Origin: Crocinitomicaceae bacterium
GTDB taxonomy: Bacteria; Bacteroidota; Bacteroidia; Flavobacteriales_D; Crocinitomicaceae
Length of the DNA stretch: 64,000 nt
NCBI GenBank assembly: GCA_022448165.1
Contig: JAKVAS010000001.1
Span: 40,913 to 104,912, forward strand
Direction of reading: 5' to 3'
The notes beneath the pieces were generated by a model. The model did no database searches and had not been told where the DNA came from. It saw only the letters and a list, made by a program, of their open reading frames with translations. Both the position numbers and the translations under genes were made by a program. Shown one piece after another: positions 47,726 through 57,741 of this stretch (the stretch's first letter is position 1; each line of letters starts with the position of its first letter).

Positions 47726-47733
47726 TAACTTTG
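47726..47733 (+). promoter_or_regulatory. Candidate -7 promoter box (TAACTTTG) for ferritin, overlapping a Fur-box-like GATTATGATAAC (47718-47729)
   Basis: Exact TAnnTTTG match 19 nt upstream of the ATG. The adjacent hexamers GATTAT and GATAAC resemble GATAAT Fur half-sites. Confidence 0.35.
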
Positions 47734-47751
47734 TAACAAACACTATTTAGT

Positions 47752-48276
47752 ATGAATTCAAGAGTAGAGAAAGTTCTAAATGAACAAATAGAAAAAGAAT
47801 CATCATCATCGACGTTTTATCTTGCGATGGCGTCATGGGCTGAATCAAAAGGATTAAGCGGTACAGCAACTTTTTTGTATGCACATTCTGATGAGGAACG
47901 TTTTCACATGTTGAAACTGGTTAAGTTTGTAAATGAAAGAGGTGGAACAGCCATTATTCCAGGGATTACTACACCTCCATCAGAATTTGATTCATTATCA
48001 AATGTATTTGAATTGTTGTTAAGTCATGAAGTTAGTGTAACGGAGAGTATTAATAACTTGGTTGATGTTTGTCTTCAGGAAAAAGACTATACAACGCACA
48101 ATTTTATTCAATGGTACGTTTCTGAACAATTAGAAGAAGAAGCATTAGCGCGAACTATTTTGGATAAAGTACGTATGATAGGAGACGATAATGCCGGACT
48201 GTATCTGTTTGATAGGGATTTAGAAAATTCTGCAATCCAGCCTGATTCTGTTAACAATGCGACAGCAGGAGTCTAA
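47752..48276 (+). CDS. Non-haem ferritin
   Basis: The 174-aa ORF has ferroxidase-centre-like residues (EKESSSS..Y, EERFHM, QWYVSEQLEEE). Confidence 0.85.
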   Translation: MNSRVEKVLNEQIEKESSSSTFYLAMASWAESKGLSGTATFLYAHSDEERFHMLKLVKFVNERGGTAIIPGITTPPSEFDSLSNVFELLLSHEVSVTESINNLVDVCLQEKDYTTHNFIQWYVSEQLEEEALARTILDKVRMIGDDNAGLYLFDRDLENSAIQPDSVNNATAGV

Positions 48277-48311
48277 TTGGTCTTTTTTTGGTATTTTGAA
48301 GTTCAATTGGA

Positions 48312-51300
48312 ATGAGTAAATACCGGCTATATATACTAATTACGCTACTAACTTCTGGGCTTTTTGCGCAGAATGATTTTCGTTTTCGAAATTTAGCAAT
48401 TAATGATGGGCTTTCTCAAAGCTCAGTTACTTGTATACTTCAAGATGAAGTTAATGCTCTTTGGGTAGGAACTCAAGATGGCTTAAACCGATATGACGGT
48501 GTCGAATTTGAGGTTTTTATGCCAGATGAGGTTGAAGGGCTTGAAAGCGGGTATATAAAATGTGGAATAATTGATAAGGAAGAGTCAATATGGTTTGGTA
48601 CCAACAATGGTCTCGTCAATTATGATCCGAAAACGGAACTTTTTCAAACGTTTTTTGTAAAAAAGGGAAGCGCCCTGCAAATAGAAGATATTTGTTTAGG
48701 CGCTAATAATGATCTTTGGGTTGCAACGACTGAAAATGGTTTGTATCGTTTTGATTGCAAGACTAAAAAATTTGAAACATTTAAGAAGTTAATTCCATCG
48801 AAGAAAACAACGAATGTTTTACTGGTTGAAGACCGAACGCTTATTGTTTCAACAGAAGATAAAGGACTCTTTATATGTGATTTAATTTCTAGAAAAATAC
48901 AGGAGGTTACAATTGGTTTTTTGGTTAATGATATAATTTTGTCTGTTGAAGGAGAGTTGGTTATTGCAACAAATAAAGGTTTATTTGAGTTTGATCCATC
49001 AACAAAAACACGAACGCAAAAATTTGTTGATGAAGTAGGAGAGATAGATGTTAATTCGGCATATTATGATTCTGAAACAGGTTGGTTAGTTGCAACAAGA
49101 ACTCAAGGAGTATTTGTAATTTTTGATAGTGGTGAATATCATCAGTACACGGAAAACATTTTTCAAAAAACATCACTATTAAACAATGAGGTTAACTCTA
49201 TTCTTAAAGATAATTCTGGATCTCTTTGGTTAGGATCGCAACGAGGGCTTTCAAATTTTGACCCTGCAAATAAGGGGTTTTTAGGAGTTGAGGCGAGTGG
49301 AAATGACTATGCAGGAATTCCAGCTGCTGATGTTTGGAGTTTTGCCGAAAGCAAAACAGGAGCTTTCTTATATATTGGAACAAGTAAGGGGGTTTCCAGA
49401 CATAACTCTGAAACGGGAAGGTTTAGACAGTTTTATAGAACATCGAAAGAACGAAGAGCATCGAAGGAGGAAACAACGGTACTTTCAATAGAGGCTGTTT
49501 CAGATGAATTACTTTTGGTTGCATGTACTGACGGTCTTTTTGAGCTACATATAACAGACGAATTATATGAATTTAAAAAGGTTGATTTTGAAGCACAGGA
49601 AGTAAAAAAAGGACATGATCGAGTATACTCAATAGTTCATATAAAAGATCATCGATATCTTATTGCAACTCGTGGAGGAGCGCTACATTATGATTTAAAA
49701 ACAAAAAGAATAGAAGTTTTTGAACATGACCCATTTAATTCTAAAAAGACAATTTCAAAAGGAGTTTGTCGTTTGGCTTTCAAAGATTTAGAGGGGAAAA
49801 TATGGCTTTCCACAAGTATAGGAGGATTAAATGTATATTCTGAGAGAGAGGGAGAAAGGATAATAAAACCATATGAATATAATTATTTGATTAGAACAAA
49901 AACGAATGATTATATAACATCTATTTATCAATCAAAGTCAGGAGAATATTGGATGGGAACTTTAGGTTCAGGGTTGATAAATTGGGATACAAAAACGAAC
50001 AAAAAGAAAGTTTTTAATAAATCAAATGGGCTTCCAAATGATGTTATTTATGGTGTTTTATCTGACGAGAAAGGTACATATTGGTTAAGTACGAATAAAG
50101 GATTGTGTGCATTTTCACCATCAAAAAAAACAGCAAGAAATTATACGGAGGTTCATGGACTTACAAGTAATGAATTCAATTTAGGGGCTTATTTCCGAGG
50201 GGCTTCGGGAATGCTTTATTTTGGAGGTATTTATGGATATAATTACTTCGACCCATTACAAATGAACCCTTCTCAAAAGGATGTTGAGGTTGTTTTCACA
50301 AAGTTTAAACTAGATAATGAGTGGCTTAAACCAAATGAAGAAGGCTCTCCGTTAACGGCACCTGTTTTTTTAACAAAAGCAATAAACTTGAGCTATGTTA
50401 ATCGAAGCTTTTCTTTAAAGTTTCAAACATCTAACCTTACCAACGCAAATTTGGTTAACTATAAATACTTGCTTGAAGGTTCGGATGAAGGAGAAATTTT
50501 GCTAGGTACTAATAACGAAATACACTTTAATTCACTGTCTCCAGGAAACTATGTGCTGAAAGTTTATGCTCGGATTGGAGATCGTGACTGGTGCGCAAAC
50601 CCTGCAAGCATGAGTATTGTTGTAGCGCCTCCTTTTTGGCAGACTTGGTGGTTTTGGGCTATTATTATTTTCTTTTTAGTTATTGGTATTAGGTTGTTTA
50701 TTCGACAAAGAATTGAAGCATCAAGAAGAGAAAAAGTTCGATTAGAAATGCGTATTCGAGAACGAACGAGAGAAATACATGATCAAAGTAAGAAAATAGA
50801 GCAGCAGAAAAGAAAAATTGAAAAGGAAAAAATTCGTGTAGAAGAACAAAAACAACTACTTCAAATTGAAAAGGATAAAACGGAAAAACTACTAAAAAAT
50901 GTAATGCCTGCTTCTACAGCTGAAGAGCTGAAAAAACGAGGAAAGGCTCGTGCAAGAGCTTATAAAACCGTCTCGGTATTATTTACTGATTTTGTTGGAT
51001 TTACGAAAGTTTCAGAACGAATGAACCCGACGGAGTTAGTAAAAAAACTAGATGTTTATTTTACAAAATTTGATGAAATAATTGTAAAGAACAACCTTGA
51101 AAAAATTAAAACAATTGGAGATGCATATATGTGTGCGGGAGGTGTTCCTGTTCGAAACAAAACAAACCCAATTGATACGTGTTTAGCGGCCCTTCAGATA
51201 CAGGATTACATGCAAAAGCGAAAGAATGATGCGATTGCTAATGGAAGGGAATATTGGGAGCTTCGTTTAGGTATTAACACTGGTGAAGTAACAGCCGGGG

Positions 51301-52187
51301 TTATTGGAAGCGAAAGACTTGCATATGATATTTGGGGTTCTACCGTAAATCAAGCACAACGCATGGAAATGATGGGAGAACCTGGAAAGGTAACTGTTAC
51401 GGGTGCTACTTTTGAATTAATTGAACCGTATTTTGAATGTAGTTTCCGGGGAAAGGCGCAATCGAAAAGCAAAGGCTTAATCGATATGTATGTAGTGGAA
51501 CGAATTAAGCCTGAATTATCTATTAGAGAAGAGGGAATAATACCTAATGAGCGATTTAAACAAGTAGTAAATCTTCATTTTTATAGTTCAATTAATTACT
51601 ATAAGGCAGAGCGCCATATCATGCGAGTATTGGATCAGCGATTATCTAAAAAACTATATTATCATAGTATTTCACACACTAAAGATGTAGTTGCGGCAAT
51701 TGAGCATTTGGCGCTGCTAGAAAATGTGACAGATGAGGGTTTATTCTTATTAAAATCTGCAGCGACTTATCATGACGCAGGGTTTGTAGAACAATATGAT
51801 TCAAATGAACCTATTGGCGCTCGTTTAGCAGAAGAAATACTACCAAAGTACGGATACACAGCAAAACACATTGATAAAATAAAGGAGCTAATTTATGTTA
51901 CGCAAATACCGCATAAACCAAAAAACCACCTGGAAGAAATAATGTGTGATGCCGATTTGGATTATTTGGGAAGGAATGATTTTCATGAGATAGCGGATAG
52001 ATTGAGAAGAGAGTTGCGTGAACATGGAAAAATTAATAGCGATAGGAAGTGGGATGAAATTCAGGTTTCTTTTCTTAAAATGCATAAGTATTTTACTAAG
52101 ACATCCATTAAAACACGAAAGAAGAAGAAGATGGAAAACCTTAAAGAAGTAGAAGAGCGATTGAAAATGAATAATTATATAGATTGA
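48312..52187 (+). CDS. Membrane sensor: Reg_prop beta-propellers + Y_Y_Y domain + TM + class III adenylate cyclase + HD domain
   Basis: Signal peptide; about 700 aa of two-component-regulator-propeller-like repeats (WVGTQDGLNRYD, WFGTNNGL, WLSTNKGL); Y_Y_Y-like YKYLLEG...GNYVLKVYA; TM WWFWAIIIFFLVIGIRLFI; coiled coil; cyclase motifs VLFTDFVGFT, KIKTIGDAYM, YDIWGSTVNQAQRME; HD motifs YHSISHT, TYHDAGF, CDADLDYLG. Confidence 0.85.
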   Translation: MSKYRLYILITLLTSGLFAQNDFRFRNLAINDGLSQSSVTCILQDEVNALWVGTQDGLNRYDGVEFEVFMPDEVEGLESGYIKCGIIDKEESIWFGTNNGLVNYDPKTELFQTFFVKKGSALQIEDICLGANNDLWVATTENGLYRFDCKTKKFETFKKLIPSKKTTNVLLVEDRTLIVSTEDKGLFICDLISRKIQEVTIGFLVNDIILSVEGELVIATNKGLFEFDPSTKTRTQKFVDEVGEIDVNSAYYDSETGWLVATRTQGVFVIFDSGEYHQYTENIFQKTSLLNNEVNSILKDNSGSLWLGSQRGLSNFDPANKGFLGVEASGNDYAGIPAADVWSFAESKTGAFLYIGTSKGVSRHNSETGRFRQFYRTSKERRASKEETTVLSIEAVSDELLLVACTDGLFELHITDELYEFKKVDFEAQEVKKGHDRVYSIVHIKDHRYLIATRGGALHYDLKTKRIEVFEHDPFNSKKTISKGVCRLAFKDLEGKIWLSTSIGGLNVYSEREGERIIKPYEYNYLIRTKTNDYITSIYQSKSGEYWMGTLGSGLINWDTKTNKKKVFNKSNGLPNDVIYGVLSDEKGTYWLSTNKGLCAFSPSKKTARNYTEVHGLTSNEFNLGAYFRGASGMLYFGGIYGYNYFDPLQMNPSQKDVEVVFTKFKLDNEWLKPNEEGSPLTAPVFLTKAINLSYVNRSFSLKFQTSNLTNANLVNYKYLLEGSDEGEILLGTNNEIHFNSLSPGNYVLKVYARIGDRDWCANPASMSIVVAPPFWQTWWFWAIIIFFLVIGIRLFIRQRIEASRREKVRLEMRIRERTREIHDQSKKIEQQKRKIEKEKIRVEEQKQLLQIEKDKTEKLLKNVMPASTAEELKKRGKARARAYKTVSVLFTDFVGFTKVSERMNPTELVKKLDVYFTKFDEIIVKNNLEKIKTIGDAYMCAGGVPVRNKTNPIDTCLAALQIQDYMQKRKNDAIANGREYWELRLGINTGEVTAGVIGSERLAYDIWGSTVNQAQRMEMMGEPGKVTVTGATFELIEPYFECSFRGKAQSKSKGLIDMYVVERIKPELSIREEGIIPNERFKQVVNLHFYSSINYYKAERHIMRVLDQRLSKKLYYHSISHTKDVVAAIEHLALLENVTDEGLFLLKSAATYHDAGFVEQYDSNEPIGARLAEEILPKYGYTAKHIDKIKELIYVTQIPHKPKNHLEEIMCDADLDYLGRNDFHEIADRLRRELREHGKINSDRKWDEIQVSFLKMHKYFTKTSIKTRKKKKMENLKEVEERLKMNNYID

Positions 52188-52350
52188 TAATTAAACTATA
52201 TAAAAAGTGTTGGCTCAGAGATACTTGTAATTAATCGCTTATAATAGGTGTAATGTCTTCCAGAATTACCTAACAGTTTTATATGTTTTTAGGGCTTAAG
52301 AAGCTTTTGATTTTAGTATTTTTAAAACTTTAAATAATACAAGAGGACTA

Positions 52351-52713
52351 ATGCAAATAGCAATAAAAATACTAATAGGACTAATTTCTTTTATTCACTT
52401 GTACATTTTATGGTTTGAAATGTTTGCATGGGAAACAAGAGGAAAAAAAGTGTTTAAAAACTTCCCTAGTGATCTTTTTACGCCAACAAAAAAAATGGCA
52501 GCGAATCAAGGTCTTTACAATGGGTTTTTAGCTGCAGGTTTGATATGGACATTTTTCATTTGTAATTCCGAATGGAACATAAAGGTCTCACTCTTTTTTT
52601 TATCATGTGTTGCTATTGCTGGAATTTATGGTGCAATTACAGCTTCTAAGAAAATATTTATTGTTCAGTCAGTGCCAGCATTAATTACAATCATCTTGAT
52701 TTTATTGAAATAA
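52351..52713 (+). CDS. Small 4-TM membrane protein (DUF1304-like)
   Basis: A 120-aa ORF with four hydrophobic segments. The family name is from memory. Confidence 0.5.
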   Translation: MQIAIKILIGLISFIHLYILWFEMFAWETRGKKVFKNFPSDLFTPTKKMAANQGLYNGFLAAGLIWTFFICNSEWNIKVSLFFLSCVAIAGIYGAITASKKIFIVQSVPALITIILILLK

Positions 52714-52913
52714 CCAAAGCTTATTCAAAAGGGTGTTAAAGGGTTTGTTGAATAGAGCGTATTCAATTTCACGAAATATAAAAAAGCGGTAGATATTAGT
52801 TACTAATTTTTGTTTCAACACTAATTCTGAATTCGAGGCTATTGTAATAAACTCGCCTGAATACTACACAAATAAGACGTGTAAGTAGAATCTAATTGCG
52901 AATAAAAGAGCAC

Positions 52914-52947
52914 AAAAAAACGCGATTATAGATTAAATAATCACGCT
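52914..52947 (-). terminator. Candidate rho-independent terminator after the Usp gene
   Basis: The minus strand reads GCGTGATTAT-ttaatct-ATAATCGCG followed by TTTTTTT. The stem is AT-rich with a 2-nt bulge. Confidence 0.45.
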
Positions 52948-52968
52948 TTAAAGGTTTATAGACTTTAA

Positions 52969-53787
52969 TTAGTTAAAGTCAGCAGCAAGGGTATTTAATC
53001 CCTCAATAGGGTTCATTATTAATGCTGGAATTTGCGCATCATTTGTAATAATATACTCTTCATGAGTTGCTGTAAGGACACCAAACACACTGTTTTTATT
53101 TAAGTTCATAATGGCGATAAGATCTGCGCCAATATTAACAGCGTGACGAACAACCTCTTTATCAAACCCACTACTTGGAACAATCGTTGCAGAAACATCA
53201 ATGTTACGTTCTGCAAAATATTTTTCTGCAAATTGAATATTTGCCTTTACCTTATGACGTAAAAACTCATCAGATTCTTCAGGAGTAATAACGTGTACCT
53301 TAGAATTAAAGTACTTGGCAAGATTTGCTACAATTGTAAGCTTCTGCTTTGTTTCTTTATTTAAATCTAATGGAACAACGATATCATCATACCCTGTTTC
53401 TTTAGCCGTTTTTTCTTGAACAATGACAAAGGGAACAGAAGAATGAGTAACTACTTTAAGTGCATTCATTCCTGTTAAATGTTGCCAACCGTGTGTTCCA
53501 TGGGTGCCCATAAAAATGAGCTGAGCATTATTTTCTGCAGCAAATTCTCCAATACCATCGAAAATGTTTCCAACACGAACTGCAGGGATCAGTTTAACGG
53601 AACCGTTGTGGTTTTCAATAACACTTTCTAAGCGCTTAGCAACTGCTTTAATATCTTTCTGTTTAGAAACAACATTTAAAACAAAAACCTGAGCCTTTAG
53701 CGGTTCAGCTGTTACTACGGCATGTTCTAAAGCTATTTCTGCTACTTCTGTAAAGTCGTAAGGGACAATAAATGTCTTGGTTTTCAT
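52969..53787 (-). CDS. Tandem universal stress protein (UspA family)
   Basis: Two Usp-like halves (GTHGTHGW... and a second half with LIAIMN). I prefer the start at MKTKTFIVPYDF. Confidence 0.75.
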   Translation of the reverse strand: MKTKTFIVPYDFTEVAEIALEHAVVTAEPLKAQVFVLNVVSKQKDIKAVAKRLESVIENHNGSVKLIPAVRVGNIFDGIGEFAAENNAQLIFMGTHGTHGWQHLTGMNALKVVTHSSVPFVIVQEKTAKETGYDDIVVPLDLNKETKQKLTIVANLAKYFNSKVHVITPEESDEFLRHKVKANIQFAEKYFAERNIDVSATIVPSSGFDKEVVRHAVNIGADLIAIMNLNKNSVFGVLTATHEEYIITNDAQIPALIMNPIEGLNTLAADFN

Positions 53788-54078
53788 AAGTTTTTGATTC
53801 GGGTTAAAGTTAAGATACAAATATAATCAATATCAACAGCGTAAGTGATTGAATAATATATGTTGCTAAAAAGAATAGGAAAACATATTATGTTTTTAAG
53901 TTGTTGATTTTCACAATGTTAAACCCAAATAAAGGTAAGGCAGGCATGAACATATAAATTGCTAAATATTCTAAAACCATAAGTTGCCATATGTATATTA
54001 TCTGTCTTCGATAAAATTATTACATTATTAAGAGTTAAACACTCTAAAAGCACTGAAAGCTTACAGTAGGGGATGGGG

Positions 54079-55011
54079 TTAAAGCTCATCAAGAAGAACA
54101 GTTGAACTTTCGTGTTTTGAATTCTTCTTTTTCTTCGCTAAGTACTTAATAAAGGCATTAATAATAACAACCATTACAATGATTACAGAACCAATGTAAA
54201 ACTGTGTGTTTAAAAGCTCATTTTCTTTAAGAATAAAAATTGCTAATACTATAGTATAAACAGGTTCAAGATTAATGCTCAGAGAAACGGTAAAAGCTCC
54301 TAATTTTTTCATAACCTCGATTGCAGCGAGAAAAGCAAAGGAGGTGCAAATGACACCTAGGAATAGAAGCCATAAGAAATCCTCGGTTGTAAATGTAAAA
54401 AGCTTCTCGTTAAATCGCCCTTGAAGTAAAAACATGATGCTTAAAAACACACTTCCACTTAACATTTCATAGAATGTTATTTTGGATGGGGGTTCGGATT
54501 CAACCATTTTTGTATTCATAACGGTAAAAACAGCAGCAAGAAAGGCGGAGGTAAGTCCATATGCAAGTGCAATGTAATCATTAGAATTGAAGCTTCCAGA
54601 GACAAAATAAATACCATAGATTACAACAAGACTTAAAGAGAGTTCAATCCATGAAATTGGCTTTTTCATGATTAAAGGTTCCAACCAAGCAACGTGAACA
54701 GTTGTTGTTGATAAACATAAAATTCCTAAAGAAGCTGTTGAAAGCTGAATGGACTTATAAAAAGTAACCCAATGAATAGCAACTAAAATACCAACGGCAC
54801 ACATCATAAAAAGTGACTTCTTTGAAGTGGCACGAAATGATCGTTTCAAAAATATCATAGCTACTCCTAGTGATATAAAAGCAATTATTACTCGGTGCCA
54901 AACAAGGTAAGAAGACTCAAGACCAATAAGTTTACCGAGAATACCAGTAAACCCCCACAATAGAATGATGAGATGAAGAAGAATATGGTATTTAAAACGT
55001 GATAACATCAC
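54079..55011 (-). CDS. EamA/DMT-superfamily transporter
   Basis: A 310-aa ORF with ten hydrophobic helices in two repeated halves. Confidence 0.75.
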   Translation of the reverse strand: MMLSRFKYHILLHLIILLWGFTGILGKLIGLESSYLVWHRVIIAFISLGVAMIFLKRSFRATSKKSLFMMCAVGILVAIHWVTFYKSIQLSTASLGILCLSTTTVHVAWLEPLIMKKPISWIELSLSLVVIYGIYFVSGSFNSNDYIALAYGLTSAFLAAVFTVMNTKMVESEPPSKITFYEMLSGSVFLSIMFLLQGRFNEKLFTFTTEDFLWLLFLGVICTSFAFLAAIEVMKKLGAFTVSLSINLEPVYTIVLAIFILKENELLNTQFYIGSVIIVMVVIINAFIKYLAKKKKNSKHESSTVLLDEL

Positions 55012-55014
55012 GCG

Positions 55015-55049
55015 AAAATAAAAAAAGGCGCCCGATAAAGTCAGGCGCC
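55015..55049 (-). terminator. Rho-independent terminator after the K/E/A-rich protein gene
   Basis: GGCGCC-11 nt-GGCGCC hairpin followed on the minus strand by TTTTTTATTTT. Confidence 0.65.
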
Positions 55050-55072
55050 AACAAATATTAAGTAGTATTTTA

Positions 55073-56371
55073 TTACATTTTTTGTTTTAATTTTCGGATT
55101 TTATCATCCAGCTTTGATTGTTGACTATCTAGTTTTGCGTGTTTTACATTTAACTTTTCTTGATCAACTTTGAGTTTGTCAAGTTTTTTTCCTTTGGCAA
55201 CTTTCTTGTCTAACTTTTCTTGTTCAGAGTCTAATTTTTTACGAGCATCATCAATTTTTGATTGTTCTTCATTGAGCTTGTTCATCTTTACTTGGAGAGC
55301 TTCGGCTTTTGCTTTTTCCTTAGCCGCATCCTTGGCCTCTTTTTCCGCAATTTTTATTTGCTTTTCAGCTTCTTTAACCCCTTTTTCCGCCTCTTTTTGA
55401 GCTTTCTCAGCTTCTTTTTTCGCCTCTTCTTCTGCCTTTTCAATTTTAGCTTGATCTTTTGCTTCGTCTTTTGCCTCTTTTGCCTCTTCTGCTGCTTTTT
55501 TCTTTTCTTCTTTTAAGCGATTTTCTTCTTCCTTGGCTTTTTTCTCAGCCGCGGCAAGTGTTTCTTTTTGTTCTTTTTGAACGCGCTCTGCTTCTGACTT
55601 TGCAGCTTTTCCATCTGATTTTGCTTCTTGTAGCTTTTCTTTTTGTGCAGCTTCAATAGCAGCGAGCTTTTTTGCGGCCTCTTCTTCGCGTGCCTTTGCG
55701 ATAGCTTCTCGCTCGGCTTTTTCAGCGGTAATTTTTTCGTTTTGTTGTTTTTTTATTTCTTCAACAGATTGGCGGTTTTCTTCAGCCTCTTTTAGCATCC
55801 CTTCACTTTCTTGACGCTTTTCTTCAATGGCTTTTTTCTGTTCTTCAGTAGTCGCTTTGACTTCAGAGGTTTCTGCCTTTAGCTCTTCTTGGCGTGCTAA
55901 GGTTTCTTCTGTTTTCTTTTCAAACTCCTCCTTTTGCTGATTCTTTTCTTCAATCTTTCCATTCAGAGACCCTTGTTTTTCCATGCTTTCAGCATCTATT
56001 TCGCTCAAAGTAAGGTCTTTATTAGACATTGTGAAGGTATAGTTCTTACCTGTTTCTAAAACAAGATCAGTTAGTTTTTCTTTTTTATAAAGGGAGTGAA
56101 GCACTTCTATTTTAACCAGTTGTTTGCCATAATTTGGAATTTTAATCGCACCAATCCCTTGTTCGTTAGTTGTTCCTGCAGCAATAACCATTTTTTCACC
56201 GATGACTTTAATTAAGGCACCTTTGACCGGTTGTCCATCATGCATAGCGGTAATAGTAAATGAGATACCGTCTTTGATATTTTTTTCAATAGTGATAGTC
56301 GTGTTTGGCTCAGAAGCAAAACTTCCAAAGGAAGCTAAAACAACGGCAACGAGAATGTATACTTTTTTCAT
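55073..56371 (-). CDS. Secreted protein: N-terminal beta-sandwich-like domain plus a ~300-aa K/E/A-rich helical region
   Basis: Signal peptide MKKVYILVAVVLASFGSFA, a ~110-aa globular N-domain, then an uninterrupted charged low-complexity helix (AEEAKEAKDEAKDQAKIEKAEEEAKKEAEKAQKEAEK...). Confidence 0.6.
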   Translation of the reverse strand: MKKVYILVAVVLASFGSFASEPNTTITIEKNIKDGISFTITAMHDGQPVKGALIKVIGEKMVIAAGTTNEQGIGAIKIPNYGKQLVKIEVLHSLYKKEKLTDLVLETGKNYTFTMSNKDLTLSEIDAESMEKQGSLNGKIEEKNQQKEEFEKKTEETLARQEELKAETSEVKATTEEQKKAIEEKRQESEGMLKEAEENRQSVEEIKKQQNEKITAEKAEREAIAKAREEEAAKKLAAIEAAQKEKLQEAKSDGKAAKSEAERVQKEQKETLAAAEKKAKEEENRLKEEKKKAAEEAKEAKDEAKDQAKIEKAEEEAKKEAEKAQKEAEKGVKEAEKQIKIAEKEAKDAAKEKAKAEALQVKMNKLNEEQSKIDDARKKLDSEQEKLDKKVAKGKKLDKLKVDQEKLNVKHAKLDSQQSKLDDKIRKLKQKM

Positions 56372-56528
56372 TTTTTCATTTTTGGATTATCCAATATACA
56401 AATATCCTTATGAGTCTAAGATGAAAATGCGTCATTATCTGCGAGTAATCAGAATTTTACGACGAGTGCGAAGATTCTATAAGTAATGAATACGGTTGAA
56501 ATTCCATTTTTTGAAGTACTTTTACTCT

Positions 56529-57647
56529 ATGCGGTTTTCAGAGGTAGTAGGACAACATGAATTGAAGCAACATTTAATTGAAGAGATTCAAAATGAAAAG
56601 GTGAGTCATGCTCAGTTGTTTTTGGGAAAAGCAGGATATGGACCTTTACCAATGGCCTTAGCTTTCGTTCAATATTTGTTTTGTGAGAACAAGCAAAAAA
56701 ATGATAGTTGTGGAAAATGTGGCGCGTGTAATAAAGTATCAAAATTACAACATCCTGATTTGCATTTTTCTTTTCCAAGTGTTCAAACTGTAAGTAAAAC
56801 CTCAAACTCTCTTTTGCCGCAATGGAGAGAGCAGATTGAAGAAAGCCCTTATTTTGATTTAAATGATTGGATTAAACGAATTGATGTAAAAGAAAGAAGG
56901 CCAATTATAAGCAAAGATGAGAGTCAAGAAATCATAAAAAAACTAGCTCTCCGATCTTATGAAGGGGGGTATAAAGTTATGATGATTTGGATGGCTGAAG
57001 AGATGAACCCTTCATGCGCGAATAAATTATTGAAAATAATAGAAGAGCCACCGAGTAAGACACTTTTTATTTTGGTGGCAGAATCTCAGGAATACATGCT
57101 ACAGACAATTTTGTCTCGAACCCAGTTAACGAAAATTCCAAGAATTTCCATGGAAGATATGAGTAGCTTCTTGAGAGCAAGACATGGTCAATCTTCCGGA
57201 AACGCGGATAGTATATCATCAAGGGTGGATGGAGATTTACTTGAGGCAAAAGAGTTTTTTGGTGCCGATAAGGATAAAGATGAAAATAGAGAGTTATTCA
57301 TTCGGTTGATGCGGGTCTGTTATCAAAAGAACGTTATAGACATGATTACTTGGGCCGAAACAATTACAGACCATAGTAAGGAGTTTCAAAAACAGTTTTT
57401 GAAGTATGCGCTGCATATGTTTAGGCAAAGCATGCTGCGGAATTATACGGAAGACACCTTAACAAGGGTTTCTGATGAAGAGGGAGCGTTTTTGACGAAG
57501 TTTTCTCAATTCATTACTGGAAATAATATTGTTGACTTCATGGAAATGTTTAATACATCTCACTATCATATCGAACGAAACGCAAATGGAAAAATTCTTT
57601 TTACCAATTTGTGTTTTCAGGTGATGCGATACATTCACAAAGCATAA
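56529..57647 (+). CDS. holB: DNA polymerase III delta-prime subunit
   Basis: HAQLFLG..GYG, a zinc-module-like CGKCGACNK, and the clamp-loader-like LLKIIEEPP and SRTQ motifs. I prefer the ATG at 56529 over the TTG at 56496. Confidence 0.85.
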   Translation: MRFSEVVGQHELKQHLIEEIQNEKVSHAQLFLGKAGYGPLPMALAFVQYLFCENKQKNDSCGKCGACNKVSKLQHPDLHFSFPSVQTVSKTSNSLLPQWREQIEESPYFDLNDWIKRIDVKERRPIISKDESQEIIKKLALRSYEGGYKVMMIWMAEEMNPSCANKLLKIIEEPPSKTLFILVAESQEYMLQTILSRTQLTKIPRISMEDMSSFLRARHGQSSGNADSISSRVDGDLLEAKEFFGADKDKDENRELFIRLMRVCYQKNVIDMITWAETITDHSKEFQKQFLKYALHMFRQSMLRNYTEDTLTRVSDEEGAFLTKFSQFITGNNIVDFMEMFNTSHYHIERNANGKILFTNLCFQVMRYIHKA

Positions 57648-57741
57648 GCACCATTTAACAATCGAGTCTTAAAATCTTCCGATTACCATAAAGCTTAACG
57701 TTAGATTATATTGAGTATTTTTACAACAAAATAATTAGACT

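Noticed and set aside
55170-55659. Three overlapping + strand ORFs (66-84 aa) rich in F/L/S
   Set aside because: They are artefacts of the T/C-rich complement of the K/E/A-rich coding repeat on the minus strand. They have no independent start context.
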